From Octopus sinensis (lineage: Eukaryota): a DNA stretch of 64,000 bases. Shown piece after piece: positions 1 through 12,750 of this stretch. The stretch is taken from the NCBI RefSeq assembly GCF_006345805.1, contig NC_043005.1, forward strand, positions 104,594,001 through 104,658,000. Reading direction: 5' to 3'. Each line of letters opens with the position of its first letter. Position 1 is the stretch's first letter. The notes under the pieces are model-generated. The model was given only the letters and a program-made list of their open reading frames with translations, was not told the origin of the DNA and did not search any database. The translations under genes and the position numbers were made by a program.

Positions 1-13
1 TTAGAGGACAATT

Positions 14-204
14 CCAGCGTGGAAGATCGCGGTCTCAAAGCGATGAAAATATTTTGACAAATTAAACTTAAATGTTGAAGTGAATCTAACGGTTTTTGTG
101 TGGTTCTTAAATGACTTATAAACACCTTCCACACTGGAATTGTTTTCGTTCCAGCACTCGATCTCAGATCAAGTCACTCGCTATGCAAGTACATCTCCGT
201 AATC
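14..204 (+). mobile_element. 5'-truncated PLE-like terminal-repeat fragment (same family as 47070-47457) with a short inverted 5' piece
   Basis: 27-203 aligns with 47281-47457. 8-25 is the reverse complement of 126-143 (17/18). Flanking near-direct repeat ttagagga(a)caatt at 1-13 and 205-218. Confidence 0.6.
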
Positions 205-328
205 TTAGAGGAACAATTAGGCTATCTGTTTATATACTCATCAAAACCAGTTGTTCTAGAGAACCAAAGCAACTAATTTGCATACTATAAGTGTTTAAAA
301 TTTCATTCTAATATCAGAGACCTGTCAA

Positions 329-514
329 GGCGGTGAGCTGGCAGAATAGTTTGAACACCGGGCAAAATACGTTTTGAGTTCGAGATACGTTCTGAGTGGA
401 GATCGACTTTGCTTCTTATCCTTTCGGGGTCGATGAAATAAGTACCAGTTGAGTCCATGTCATTGACTTAATCCCTCACCCGAAATTGCTGGCCTTGTGC
501 CAAAATTTAAAATC
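329..514 (+). mobile_element. tRNA-derived SINE family A (tail type A1)
   Basis: A-box-like ggtgagctggcagaa, core gtcgactttgc..tcctttcggggtcgat, tail ggccttgtgccaaaattt. 19-bp TSD aatatcagag[a/g]cctgtcaa at 310-328 and 515-533. Confidence 0.85.
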
Positions 515-647
515 AATATCAGAGGCCTGTCAACGTGGAGTTCACACAGGTTCAAGTAAAGATATATGTATAAATCAAGATCGTGCACACACGTACATGT
601 CAAATTTACTTCTCGTATACTGAAAAAAAAAAGATGAATGGCTTTGG

Positions 648-678
<31 letters not shown>

Positions 679-1133
679 TATCACTATGGTCACTCTCAGT
701 AATAATTCTATAATTATAACAGGTTTCAAACTAAAAAATAAGACACTACAATCTAACCAAAAGCAATCGAAAATTACAGCTCTTTTTGCACTGACGGTGA
801 CATCCCGTGCTTATTGAAAGTAAATGCTAATTACTTGATGAACTATGAATACTGAAAGATTTCAAAAGCGCAAAACATGGCACCATTATTTGAATCTTAA
901 ATAGGAACAGTGATGATATACGAAGCAAGAATAACATCTCAGAAGGCATATGAGACATTACAAAGTTTAGCTCTAGTGAGGGTATAACAGGTATGGAAAC
1001 CAGGCAACTTGTAGTGTGTCACTCTTTTAAAGATATAAATAAAAACTGTGGAACTTTTTTTATCAAACACGCACGCACAAACAAACACACACACATGCAC
1101 ACACACAGACATACATACACATATACACAAATT

Positions 1134-1183
1134 AAGTTATATATATATATATATATAAATATATACATATATATATATTTGTG

Positions 1184-1221
<38 letters not shown>

Positions 1222-1315
1222 TATATATATATGTGTGTGTGTGTATATATATCTATATATACACACCCACACACCACACACACACACACACAAACACACA
1301 CAACACACATACATA

Positions 1316-1369
<54 letters not shown>

Positions 1370-1381
1370 TATATAATATAT
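1134..1381. repeat. (TA)n/(CA)n compound microsatellite
   Basis: Directly visible. Confidence 0.95.
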
Positions 1382-1588
1382 AAAGTTAATCCAAACAAGA
1401 AAGCACAAAAAAATACAACAACGCGAGGACGTGGAACAATATAGTATTGTTGGACGCTCAGGAAAGAAGGAAAGAAGGAGGGTTTAACGTATCGAGCGGA
1501 GCTCTTCGTCGGAAACATAGAAGGAAAGATCCAGAGAAGGGAAGACAGAGGAAAAAAAAATCGCCAACGGTACACACGAGGTCACATT
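1382..1588 (-). mobile_element. PLE-like terminal-repeat fragment, family P1
   Basis: Homologous to 10553-10720 (+) and 31119-31305 (-). Flanked by (TA)n on both sides. Contains an HHR-like motif. Confidence 0.7.
1482..1516 (-). ncRNA. Minimal hammerhead-like motif (decayed: C at position 4, GAU instead of GAA)
   Basis: Minus strand reads GTTT CCGACGA A GAGC tcc GCTC GAT ACGT T AAAC. Confidence 0.6.
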
Positions 1589-1619
1589 TATATATATATA
1601 TATAATATATATATATATA

Positions 1620-1720
1620 CCGGAGTAAGTACATAAATGCGAAACAAAACTGACCTCCGAACGGGAACGTGAAAGTCTGAGTAAAAGTTTTTGTAATATT
1701 TCTGCTGCTTTTTAATATAG
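1620..1720 (+). mobile_element. PLE-like terminal fragment, family P3, with decayed hammerhead-like motif at 1646-1691
   Basis: AAAACTga CCTCCGA ACG ggaa CGT GAA AGTCtGAGT A aaAGTTTT. All helices are in register but the core is mutated. Between (TA)n arrays. Confidence 0.5.
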
Positions 1721-1767
<47 letters not shown>

Positions 1768-1835
1768 TATATGGTTAATGAGATATATATATGTGTGTGT
1801 ATATATTATATACATAATGAAATATATGCATGTGG

Positions 1836-1887
<52 letters not shown>

Positions 1888-2209
1888 CATATATATATGC
1901 ATGTGTATATATATATTTCATTTATCATGTAAGTCTGTTTGAGAGTGTGAGAATGTATTTTTGAATGCAGGTGAGTGTGTATGTGTGTTTATTTGAGTGT
2001 GTGCATGCACGTGTGTATGTGTGTGTGTGTGCGTGTATGCACCCACGCACTACTGAGCGTGACTGTGCGCTTGTGAATAGCACAATGGGTTTGGGAAATG
2101 GAAATATCATGGTAATAGATGAAGTATGGATGCAGAACAGTGAAGTACAAGAAAGAATAAAAACTTAAAAGGTCTTTACTATTAGATGGTATTATTATGT
2201 TGCATAGGT

Positions 2210-2560
2210 GAGGCGGCAATTTGCTGGTTTGCTGCCAAAATTTGAATCTTTTATTGTACTGCCCGAGTACGCTTTGTGTTTTGGGGTTGATAGAATAATG
2301 TACCAGTCAAGTACTTGCGTCAACGTAGCACTTGTATATATGTGGTGGGGTGTGCATGTGTGTGCGGGTGTGTGTGTGTAATGTGTGGTGTGTGTGTGTG
2401 TTTGTTTTCATCACCACTTGACGGCCTCTGTTGGTTTGTTTACGTCTATGTAAATTATCGTTTCAGCATTAAGAGACCGATAGAATAAGTAAGAGATTTT
2501 AAAATAAGTACTGGATTTTATCGACTAAAATCTTTAATGCACTGCCCCAGCATGGCAGCA
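2210..2560 (+). mobile_element. Degenerate SINE family B with internal (TG)n
   Basis: 3' part gtttacgtc..gaccgatagaataagta matches 42000-42100. Confidence 0.45.
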
Positions 2561-2851
2561 GCCCAATGAGTGAGAGAAATAAAAAATAAAAGGCATCGTT
2601 CTTTATTTATGAGATTTGTCTCGTTATAGATTTTTTCATCCACACGCCATGTTGGAATTGAATTGAAAAAGTTTAAAACTATCGTAATTTTATTAAACAT
2701 TGCAATTTGCTCGATCTTTTTTCAATGTATATAGCCCTTTCGATGTGAGGACTAGGCTATTTCGAAGGGGCCTGCATGCTTATAAGAAAAACTGATTGAA
2801 ACTACGTATCGCTGAAGTCTACGTCTTTACATTAAGCCAATGCTTAACAAA

Positions 2852-2980
2852 AAAAAAACAATAATAATGATAATAACAGGACAAAAAAACGGGCGTTGTT
2901 GTTTTTGTCCTGTTATTATCATTATTATTGTTTTTTTGTTTTCGTATCGTCCATTTGAATGTTTTGCGTTCTTGTCCCAT
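2852..2980 (+). mobile_element. Internally deleted family P5 fragment with fold-back 5' end
   Basis: Perfect 36-bp inverted arms at 2852-2887 and 2902-2937. Followed by the P5 3' end gtatcgtccatttgaatgttttgcgttcttgtccca and (TA)n. Confidence 0.7.
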
Positions 2981-3005
2981 TATATATATATATATATCTT
3001 TTATA

Positions 3006-3043
<38 letters not shown>

Positions 3044-3074
3044 ATATATAACATATGTATATTCATTACTACTC

Positions 3075-3270
3075 AAGGCTCAAGGCCCGAAATTTTGGGT
3101 GATGGAGCCAGTCGATTAGATCGGCCCTAGTACACAACTTAATTTATGGAACCCGAAAAGATGAAAGGCAAAGTCGACCTCGGCGGAATTTGAACTCAGA
3201 ACACAAAGACAGACGAAATAGCGCTATGCGTTTCGCCCGGTGTGCTAATGTTTCTGCCAGCTCGCCGCTT
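3075..3270 (-). mobile_element. SINE family A (A1 tail)
   Basis: Reverse complement of the family core (gaaaggcaaagtcgacctcggcggaatttgaactcagaac) and head (ctgccagctcgccgc). Confidence 0.85.
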
Positions 3271-3607
3271 TTAACATATGTATATTGATACTTACTTCCT
3301 TTCGCTATTGTAACATCGGAACAGATCTTCATCTTAACTCTTCGTCATGATGTAAATGTTTATAAATTGTCTGCAATTCTGTTGGTTTTGACAAAAATCG
3401 CTCGTACATGGAGGGATTGGGGCTTACTTTGTGTGACAAAGTAAGCTTACCAGAAGCTTGTATGTCATTAATAGGCAATTATCAAAATAACCGGATCATC
3501 TCCAGATAAAATTGAAATAAATGGAACAACGTGTCAACTTCACAGACACAAATATACCGAAGAAAATACCGGTTAAACAAGGATCGCGGAAGAAAATACA
3601 TATATAT

Positions 3608-3990
3608 AAAAACAACGGGCGTTGTTGTTTTTGTCCAGTTATTATTATTATTATTGTTTTGTTTTTTGTATTTATATTTATATTCGTATTACTTTTTGTT
3701 TTTTGTATTTATTTTCGTGTAACATCGTCTGTTTTTCTGTCCTTGTTTCGTATACATTCGATCCTTTTCCCAAGAAATCTAATGCTCATAGCTTAGCTTT
3801 TCCTTGGGGCTGGCCAGATCGGAGCAATCTCAAGATTAATCAGCCGAAATTGCGAGGATGATCCGGTTCTTGACTGAAGATTAGAGGCTTCGAATGACCC
3901 GTCCGTTTTCGTATCGTCTATTTGAATGTTTTGCGTTCTTTTCCCATTTTATATATATTTTTTATACATATATTTTTGCGGCGTACGTAC
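3608..3990 (+). mobile_element. Non-coding repeat family P5, copy A (5'-truncated)
   Basis: About 250 bp shared with 4700-4950 and 26940-27170, e.g. ccaagaaatctaatgctc..ttggggctggccagatcggagcaatctc. Confidence 0.75.
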
Positions 3991-4005
3991 ACACCTTCCT
4001 CTTAT

Positions 4006-4953
4006 TCCCGTCCGTGTTTTTTGTATCGTCTTCTAAGTGTTTTTACGTTCTTGTCCCAGTTTGTATTTTTCTACATATAATAATAATACATATAGCGGCG
4101 GCCGTACCCTCGTTGACACTTATGTGAGTACATATTCCTGTAAATTTGGTACGACTCTACACACTGTCTCTCTCTCCTACATTTCTCTGCCTTTCACACT
4201 TTGCATTCTACTTTGATCTGTCCCCTTCTCTCTCTCTCTCTCTCTACTTCTCCTCCTTTTCTCTTTTCTTGCCTCTGATTCTTTGGTCTACTCTTCCCCC
4301 ACTCTCACATTTCTGTCTTTCTTACTTTGCACTCACAAGTCAATCTTTGACACGCACTCTTTCTTCTCCCCTCTCTAATTCCTTCTTTCTCTCTCTTCTC
4401 TCCCCTTTGTTGCCTTCGTCCCTCTTTTTCTCTCTCTCTCTTTGTTTCCTTTGCCCCCTTTCTTTTCTCTCTTTTCCGTCACGTGACTGCTGGTCAAATC
4501 AGCCTTTTGGCCTCCGACCAGCGCCGTGAGAACATCATTGTCTTTGTCTGCCGAAAAGGCATTTTTTTCAAAATACGCCAGCTAAACTTGTACTGTTATT
4601 AGTCGTAAGATACCTGCTGTTTTCGTCATGTTTTTACAATTATTGTTTTTTGTATTTCATTTTTGTTTTTTGTATTTCATTATTGTTTTTTGTATTTTAT
4701 ATTCGTGTGGCATCGTCCGTTTTTCTGTCCCTGTTTTATATACATTCGATCCTTCTTCCAAGAAATCTAATGCTCGTAGCTTAGTTTTTCCTTGGGGCTG
4801 GCCGGATCGGAGCGATCTCAAGATTAATCAGCCGAAATTGCTACGATGATCCGGCTCTTGACTGAAGATTGAAGGCTTCGAATGTCCCGTCCGTGTTTTT
4901 TGTATCGTCTTCTAAGTGTTTTTACGTTCTTGTCCCAGTTTGTATTTTTCTAC

Positions 4954-4967
<14 letters not shown>
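4006..4967 (+). mobile_element. Family P5, copy B: non-autonomous element with 83-bp identical terminal direct repeats
   Basis: 4006-4088 is identical to 4885-4967. Polypyrimidine interior, no ORF, ends in (AAT)n/(TA)n. Confidence 0.75.
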
Positions 4968-5012
<45 letters not shown>

Positions 5013-5043
5013 TATATATATATATATATATGTATATATTGTT

Positions 5044-5250
5044 AAGGCGGCCAGCTGGTAGAATCGTTAGCACACTGGACAAAATCCTTAGCGGGATTCC
5101 GTCCGACTTTACGTCCTGAGTTCAAATTCTGTGGACGTCGACTTTGCCTTTCATCGTTTCGAGGTCGTTAAAATAATTACCAGTTAAGCACTGGGGTCCG
5201 TGTAATCGATTCCCTCCCTACCCCGATCTCTCTGGCCTTGTACCAAAATC
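5044..5250 (+). mobile_element. SINE family A (A1 tail)
   Basis: aaggcggccagctggtagaatcgttagc head, gagttcaaattc B box, ggccttgtaccaaaat tail. Confidence 0.85.
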
Positions 5251-5612
5251 ATCTTAATTGCATTGGTAGAATTTAGTGGGCATCCAACTAAATTTAGCTC
5301 CGATTGACATAAAACACATTTTACTGTTCCCTTACATGGATAACTTTCTTAAAAAAGATATGGTTGTCACCGCTGTCACTTATTTCTATTCTAGAAATAT
5401 GGCCGAACACACTATGTGTATGCGAAGTGGAAAACATAGAGAATGCTGTCTTTCATTCTACATATTTAACCTTTACCTGTCTGCTGCTCTGTCTCATCTC
5501 GTTCAACACCCCGCCATCCATACAGCAACACCCACACATATTTCATAAATTATAAATACGTCGCGCTCTCTCTCTATCTCTGTATATGTGTGCGTATATA
5601 TTATATATATAT

Positions 5613-5672
<60 letters not shown>

Positions 5673-5972
5673 CATATATGGCGAGTATATATATATATAT
5701 GTATATATATAAAACTTGAATGTGTCTATGCATTCAAATAATTATAAAAGAATCAAAAGTGAGATATATTTTCGTTGAAAATACAATGACAATGAATTTT
5801 ATTGAATTGAATAGATATTTATAATTATCTGTCAATTTTTCTGTCTAGTTATCTCTGGCTCTTTTCTCTCACTACTCTCCTTTTCTTTTCTCCTTTTTCC
5901 TATTTTCCCGCTCTTTCCCCCTCTTTCTATCTCTCACTCACCCACTCTCTCTCTCTGTATATATATATATAT

Positions 5973-6143
5973 ACTCACATATATATAAATATATATACTC
6001 ACATATATACATATATATAATATATAAACTCATATATATAATATATATATTAAATATATATATATATATACTCACATATATATATAAATATATATACTCA
6101 CATATATACATATATATAAATATATAAACTCATATATATATAT

Positions 6144-6178
<35 letters not shown>

Positions 6179-6260
6179 CTTACATAAATATATAGATATA
6201 TATACTCACATATATACATATATATAAATATATAAACTCATATATATATATATATATGTA
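5973..6260. repeat. Higher-order repeat (about three ~100-bp units) inside a (TA)n array
   Basis: Recurring actcacatatatacatatatataa(a)tatataaactca blocks. Confidence 0.75.
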
Positions 6261-6964
6261 TGTATGTATTTTTGTGTATACATAAGTATGCAAGTATGGG
6301 TGTGTAAATACAAGTATATGTCTCTCTCTCCCTCTCTCTCTCTCTCCACACACACAGACGCGCGCGCGCATATATATGTATAAGCATATGAATGTGCATG
6401 CGTATATGTGCACGTATGTATATGATGCTTTGAATACAGAAAAACACAGAGTAGGCAAGCATACATACATATAAGTGTATTTCCTCACTGGCTCTCTACT
6501 TGTCTCCTGCATTCCGACCTCGGCACACTCATGCACGTACACATGCACACATATGCACAAATATCCTAATTAGCCATCAACCCGAGGAGGGAGCCTCTAT
6601 TGTAAAATACAACATTTCACATCACCGCAATTACAATAAGATAACGAACGAACGTTAGCGCAGATTTTTGAACTATGCAGAGAACAATCTTTGGATTACA
6701 CAGCAAAGAAAAGAATTATCTATCAGAAAAAAAAACCCCTCTTTTAAATCTCTTCCTCATTTATTCGACAATTTAGGAGGAATTTTTCCCGTTAATTAAA
6801 ATTTGTGTCAGGTTTAAACATTTGCTTGACGTATTTTTTTCAATTATATTTCAATTTTTTTTTAGTTCTTTTGAAGATTCTAATCATTTTGCGTTCCTCT
6901 GATATTTTGTTTCATAGGCCTGAGAAAATAGGTACATACATACATACATACATACATAATCTGT

Positions 6965-6965
<1 letters not shown>

Positions 6966-7050
<85 letters not shown>
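6966..7050. repeat. (TATC)n microsatellite
   Basis: Directly visible. Confidence 0.95.
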
Positions 7051-7051
<1 letters not shown>

Positions 7052-7437
7052 ATCATATGTACATGCATTTACATATACATACATATATGTATATATATGT
7101 GTGTGTGTATACCTGCGCTCACACACACATATATGAACATGCATATGTTTATGTATACTTATGAATAACAATTTACACTTACACATTTATATATACACAC
7201 GCACATACACTCACGACACATATTATATGTGTAGCATATGAATATATATTTAAATGTATATTCGTAAATGTGTATTCGTAAAAGTATATTCGTTCGAACG
7301 CGTCAATATATGTAAGCATTCTGTATGTATATATGCTGAAATTAGTAAATATACATGTAGGATATTATATATTCCTACATATTTAATGATATACATGTTT
7401 TAGTACAGTAAGATACACACATATACACACTTTTACC

Positions 7438-7547
<110 letters not shown>

Positions 7548-7563
7548 CTATCTATCTCCTCTT

Positions 7564-7628
<65 letters not shown>

Positions 7629-7754
7629 CTAAAGATGCGCGTAGGAATAAAAATTGTATTCGGATACGTTAGGTCATGTAAATAGGTATGTATATTAGGC
7701 TGGAAATATCGTTTCTACGATCTTAGTGGCAATTTACAATGAGAAAGTAAAATT

Positions 7755-7788
<34 letters not shown>

Positions 7789-8289
7789 CATGCATGCATA
7801 CATACATACATAAATACATACATACATACATACATACATACATACATACATACATACATCATACATACATATGTATGTATATTTGTTTCTATGTACGAAT
7901 CTATATGTGTTTGCATATATGAATGTAAGTATGCATGATTATGTATATATACATAAATACTTACACGCACATATATATGTATGTATGTATATAGCTACAC
8001 AAAAACAAGTTATATAGCACTCGTATATTTATTTTCAATGACAACATGAAGTTTCACAGATCCCGTTGCATTTTTTCAAAAGGAAATCACTTTGTTGATT
8101 TCATCAGTAGATAAATTAGGTCTAATCACAACATTTTGTAATATTCCAAACCTGGAACCAGCTTGTGAAATTGCTTAAATGCTATAATTATTCTCGTCTT
8201 TTACTCACAGTATTATCATGTTGCTGATATTGTCGCTGCTGTGTCTAATCTAGACAAAACTACCCTGCACTTTTGAGGAGAAGAACCGA

Positions 8290-8660
8290 GTAGATTTCAG
8301 CGACCCCAGTACTTCACTGCTACTTTATTTTAGCGACTTCAGTTGGGGATAAAAGACAACGGCGGCCTTGGAGGGATCTGAATTCAGAACGTCAAAAATC
8401 GGAACAAATACAGCAATTGCCACGCTTTGTTCATTCGAATTAAATTAGTGACATAAGCACAAAGACAGAAATTTCAGCGAAATGGAACAATCGACCGATG
8501 CACACCAGTACTTGAGTAGTAATTTATTTCATCGAACCAGGAAGGGGTAATGGCGAAGTTACCTTTGTGGAATATGTACCCAGAACCTAAAGAACCAGAG
8601 CAAATACCGTAAATCATTTAATTCGACACTCTATGGATTCTGCTAATCCTTCGTCATCAA
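8290..8660 (-). mobile_element. Two old, diverged SINE A-like copies
   Basis: Degenerate gaccccagtact..tttattt..gaattcagaacgt motifs, twice. Confidence 0.45.
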
Positions 8661-9829
8661 AGTGCATAGATCTTGAAATCGAAATGAGCAGTATTTGGGC
8701 ATGAGGACGAAATAATATTGCAGTAAATTATACGTATAGTAATATTTGAAATTCTAGGTTTCATAAATAAATGAAATTTAAGCCCAGTCCAAAAGACAGT
8801 CCGACAAGCCTCAACCAACGTCTTATGGAAAATATTTTCAATTCAACAGAGCAATAGAAATATAAAACACTACACACGACAGCTAACTCTAAAGAAGCAC
8901 AACCCACTAAAATAACACAAATTACACAACACATACTCTACAGGATCAACACCAAGCAACATAAGAAAGCACCGAAAGAAACTATCCAAATACAGCCCCT
9001 ATTTATCGCACTAAAACTATCCCACAATTCATACAAAACACAAATACCACCTAACACAACTCACACAGCTCGTACTCTACAAGAAAATTGTTAAACAGTT
9101 ATTAAAAACAACAAATGCTCTACAGAATTTATACTTAATCGATACCTGATACCTATAATACAACCACCACGCCCGACTCATATTTTTAGCAGCTGCCGCC
9201 TATTAACATAACTAATCACACAGCACGTACAAAACACAAAGAGTAATCAAGAACACATTTCACAACAAGCAAAATAGTAAAATAACGCCATAAACCTGAA
9301 ACCAAATCACACACGAAAGTAAAACTGATAAAGTATACAAACACAAATCAACACAGAAAAAAAAAAAAAGAAAAAAGAAGGGAACAAAATAAGAAAAAGT
9401 ACCTCAAACCTAATCCTTGTCCACAAGTACTCCAGAACATGGAAATACACCCGGTTGAAATGAAGACCAAGGTAAAAATGTTGAAGAAAATAATGATAAT
9501 AACACTAATAACAAAACCAACGAAGTAATAAGAACTACAATAATTAACTCTATTAAAACATCTTAATTGTCTGATTAGCATCTTTGCTTTAAAAAGGGGC
9601 AATTTTGAGAAATGAACTTCAAAATGAAAAGAACATAAAATTTATCAATATTTGTTCAGCAAGTGAAATTTGTATCACGTGCAACATTTTAAAGAATGGC
9701 GCTGTGAGTGTTTGATGTCAATGTTGTTGGGTTGTTGTGATTAAGTTGGTTATAATATTGTTGCTGAAATGCTCTTAATGATGTAGATAAGGAGTACTTA
9801 TGCAAATTTCATAAGAAATTATTGACATG

Positions 9830-10040
9830 GCACAGGAATGGCTGTATGGTTAAATGCAGGCTTTACAGACACGTGAATGTGACCCCAGTTCCAGCATGGT
9901 GTTTTGGGCAAGAGTTCTATTATGGACCCGGGTCGAATAATGCCCTCTGAGTGAAGTGAGTGAATTTAGTAGGTGCAAATTTTGAGGAGGTCCGTCGTAC
10001 ATGTGCACGCGCACGTGTATATTTATGTATGTATGTATTT

Positions 10041-10135
<95 letters not shown>

Positions 10136-10320
10136 GTTTGTGTTTGACTCGCTTGACAATCAGTGTTGGTTTGTAAGCTAGAAGTTTGGCAAAAGATGCA
10201 GATAGAATTAGTAAAATATATAACAATGTATACTGCAGTAGATTTCTTCGAGCAAATCCTTCAAGGCGGTGCCCCAACATGCATACAGTCCCACGACTGA
10301 AACAAGCAAAATATAAAAGA
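9830..10320 (+). mobile_element. SINE family B (CORE-like central segment) with internal (TG)n
   Basis: Head ggctgtatggttaa, ttgggcaagag..ctatta segment, tail aaggcggtgccccaacatg..gactgaaacaag. Colinear with 41755-42161. Confidence 0.65.
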
Positions 10321-10552
10321 TAAATGATGCTGCTGCTTCTTCGGTGAAATGAGGAGAAAATAACTTAAAGTATGTGCTCGTTGAAACATGGGACACAGGC
10401 ATACTTTAGTTGCATCCTTAGAATTCTTTTGGTTTCTCTCTTCTTCACTTCTTCTTTATCGCCTTACATATATCATCATAAACCACGCATGGAAAACACA
10501 CATACAGACACACAGATACACACGCACATTCAAACACACACATATATACACA

Positions 10553-10716
10553 CATTTCTGTCTTCCCTTCTATTGGACTTACCTCTGTTTCCGAAGAAGA
10601 GCGTCTACTCGAAACGTTAAACCATCTTACTTTCCTTCCCTGAGTGTCTGCTAACACTTTACATGTACCACGTCCTCGCATTGTTTTTTTTTGTGTTTGT
10701 TTTTCTTTATTGGATT

Positions 10717-10720
<4 letters not shown>
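10553..10720 (+). mobile_element. PLE-like terminal-repeat fragment, P1-related
   Basis: Shares gaaacgttaaacc..cctgag..ccacgtcctcgc.ttgtt..ttggatt with the other P1 copies. Ends at (TA)n. Confidence 0.7.
10587..10622 (+). ncRNA. Minimal hammerhead-like motif (C at position 4)
   Basis: GTTT CCGAAGA A GAG cgtcta CTC GAA ACGT T AAAC. Confidence 0.6.
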
Positions 10721-10756
<36 letters not shown>

Positions 10757-11527
10757 ATACATGCATACATACATGGATATACATAGATACCGGCATCTGC
10801 ATATGTACATATGTATGTATGTATGTATGTACGCAGGTATGTATGTAACATATAATAATATGGATGTATAGTTCGCCTCTTAATTTCAAGTTTCATGTTT
10901 CTGTCACAATATTTGGTGCCTTGGACAAGTGGCTTCTACTATAGCGTCGGATCGATCCTAACCTTGATAGGGAAACTTGATCTTGAAACACTGAGGGGAA
11001 TTGCGTCGGATGGACCTGTAATCCTAAAAAAAAAAATCTGCTTTTGCACAGTGCAACAGAAAATTAGATTCAACAGAATATTCAACAAAGAACATCCAAA
11101 AGGCTGAATGAATTCGATGGATAGAACAGTAAAAACAAAACAAAAAGAAGGAGAGAAATTTCATATGATGTGTGATAATCAAACTTATATATTCAATGCC
11201 TCGTCCAGGTGGTTCCTTTTGGAGAAATTTTAGGCACGCTGTCAAGTATTAAGTGCCATATGATTGTGTTCGTTTCCATCTTTAGTACAAAAATTTCTAT
11301 TTTGTTCAAAGAAAAAAGAAAAACAAATCAGCTAAATGTTCTTAAATTAAGTGACATTCAGTTTTGTAGTATTATTGATAATGTATATAACTGCGGTATG
11401 CGAATTTTCAATTTTCGGATTAAAGCTTATACAATTTAAACGGTTTACGCTCGCACGCAAACACACACACATATAGATACATGCACACATACATATATAT
11501 ATATACATACATACACACACACACACA

Positions 11528-11593
<66 letters not shown>

Positions 11594-11598
11594 CACAA

Positions 11599-11714
11599 TG
11601 GGCTTCTTTGGTCGGCCCGAGGCTATGGTAGAAGACACTTGCCCAAATTGCCACGCAGTGGGAATGAACCCAGAACCATATGGTTTGGAAGCAAACTTCT
11701 TACCACAGAGCCGC
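11599..11714 (-). mobile_element. SINE family B head and CORE-like segment
   Basis: Reverse complement of ggtaagaagtttgc..ggttcattcccactgcgtggcaatttgggcaagtgtcttctac. Confidence 0.75.
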
Positions 11715-12526
11715 AAAAAAAAAAAAAATACTTGAATATATTTATTTTGTGAGTTAAAGAAATGTTCGTCTGTTACATTTTTCGGTGGTTGCAACAGCAA
11801 CGAATGCTTTCTTCGCATATATGATGGTATTGGCATAGCTTAAGTTTTTTTAATTTTATATTTTCGTTTTCATATTTAATAACGAAAACCGTTTACAATT
11901 ATATTGGCATTATATAAAAAAATACCAACACTTAACATCCAATAATAAATATATAAACGAATTTTATTGCAATATTATTAATATATCTTAACTAAATTTA
12001 AATAAATTACAATGAAAGATGTCTGCAATTTTAGTTATGAAAATGAGGATATTGTTTCTTTGGTCAAGTCGAGTTGCGTGCTGGAATATGTAGCGCATCA
12101 AAGATATTGTTAATTTTAGCCGGACAATTCTTATGTATGGAAAAATACTCAGGCCAGAATGTCGTTCTCAGTAGGGAGTTACCCCTTGACTAATTGTACC
12201 ATTGGGCGGTGGATTTTCTAGAAGAAATTATCTCCGGTGCCTAAGTAATATTTTTGCCTCTCAGGTTGAGAAATACCAATATTTAGCACTTTTTATTTTG
12301 GTATAGCTTACAATTTAAGACAGTTAAAACAATGAGTGGTGTTAACGACGAAGTCTTATGTCATGGTGCACGTTCTGATTCACGGCCTCTGAGTTTCCAG
12401 ATAGCTTGGAACAAGGAAGTAGAGATATAACAGATGTGTAGGTTTCACAGAACCTTCTAACGGAAAAATTCTACTCAGTTCGTATGACTAAGATGACTAA
12501 GGAGTAATCAACACCCATACACACAC

Positions 12527-12750
<224 letters not shown>

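Noticed and set aside
3622-4849. Repeated peptide TFDP..KKSNA.SL.FPWGWPDRS.LKINQPKL
   Set aside because: It reflects two copies of one repeat. The frame is broken in copy C (about 26995).
8780-9330. A/C-rich tract resembling a decayed LINE ORF
   Set aside because: Only a vague LVLYKKIVK similarity with several stops. I cannot assign it.
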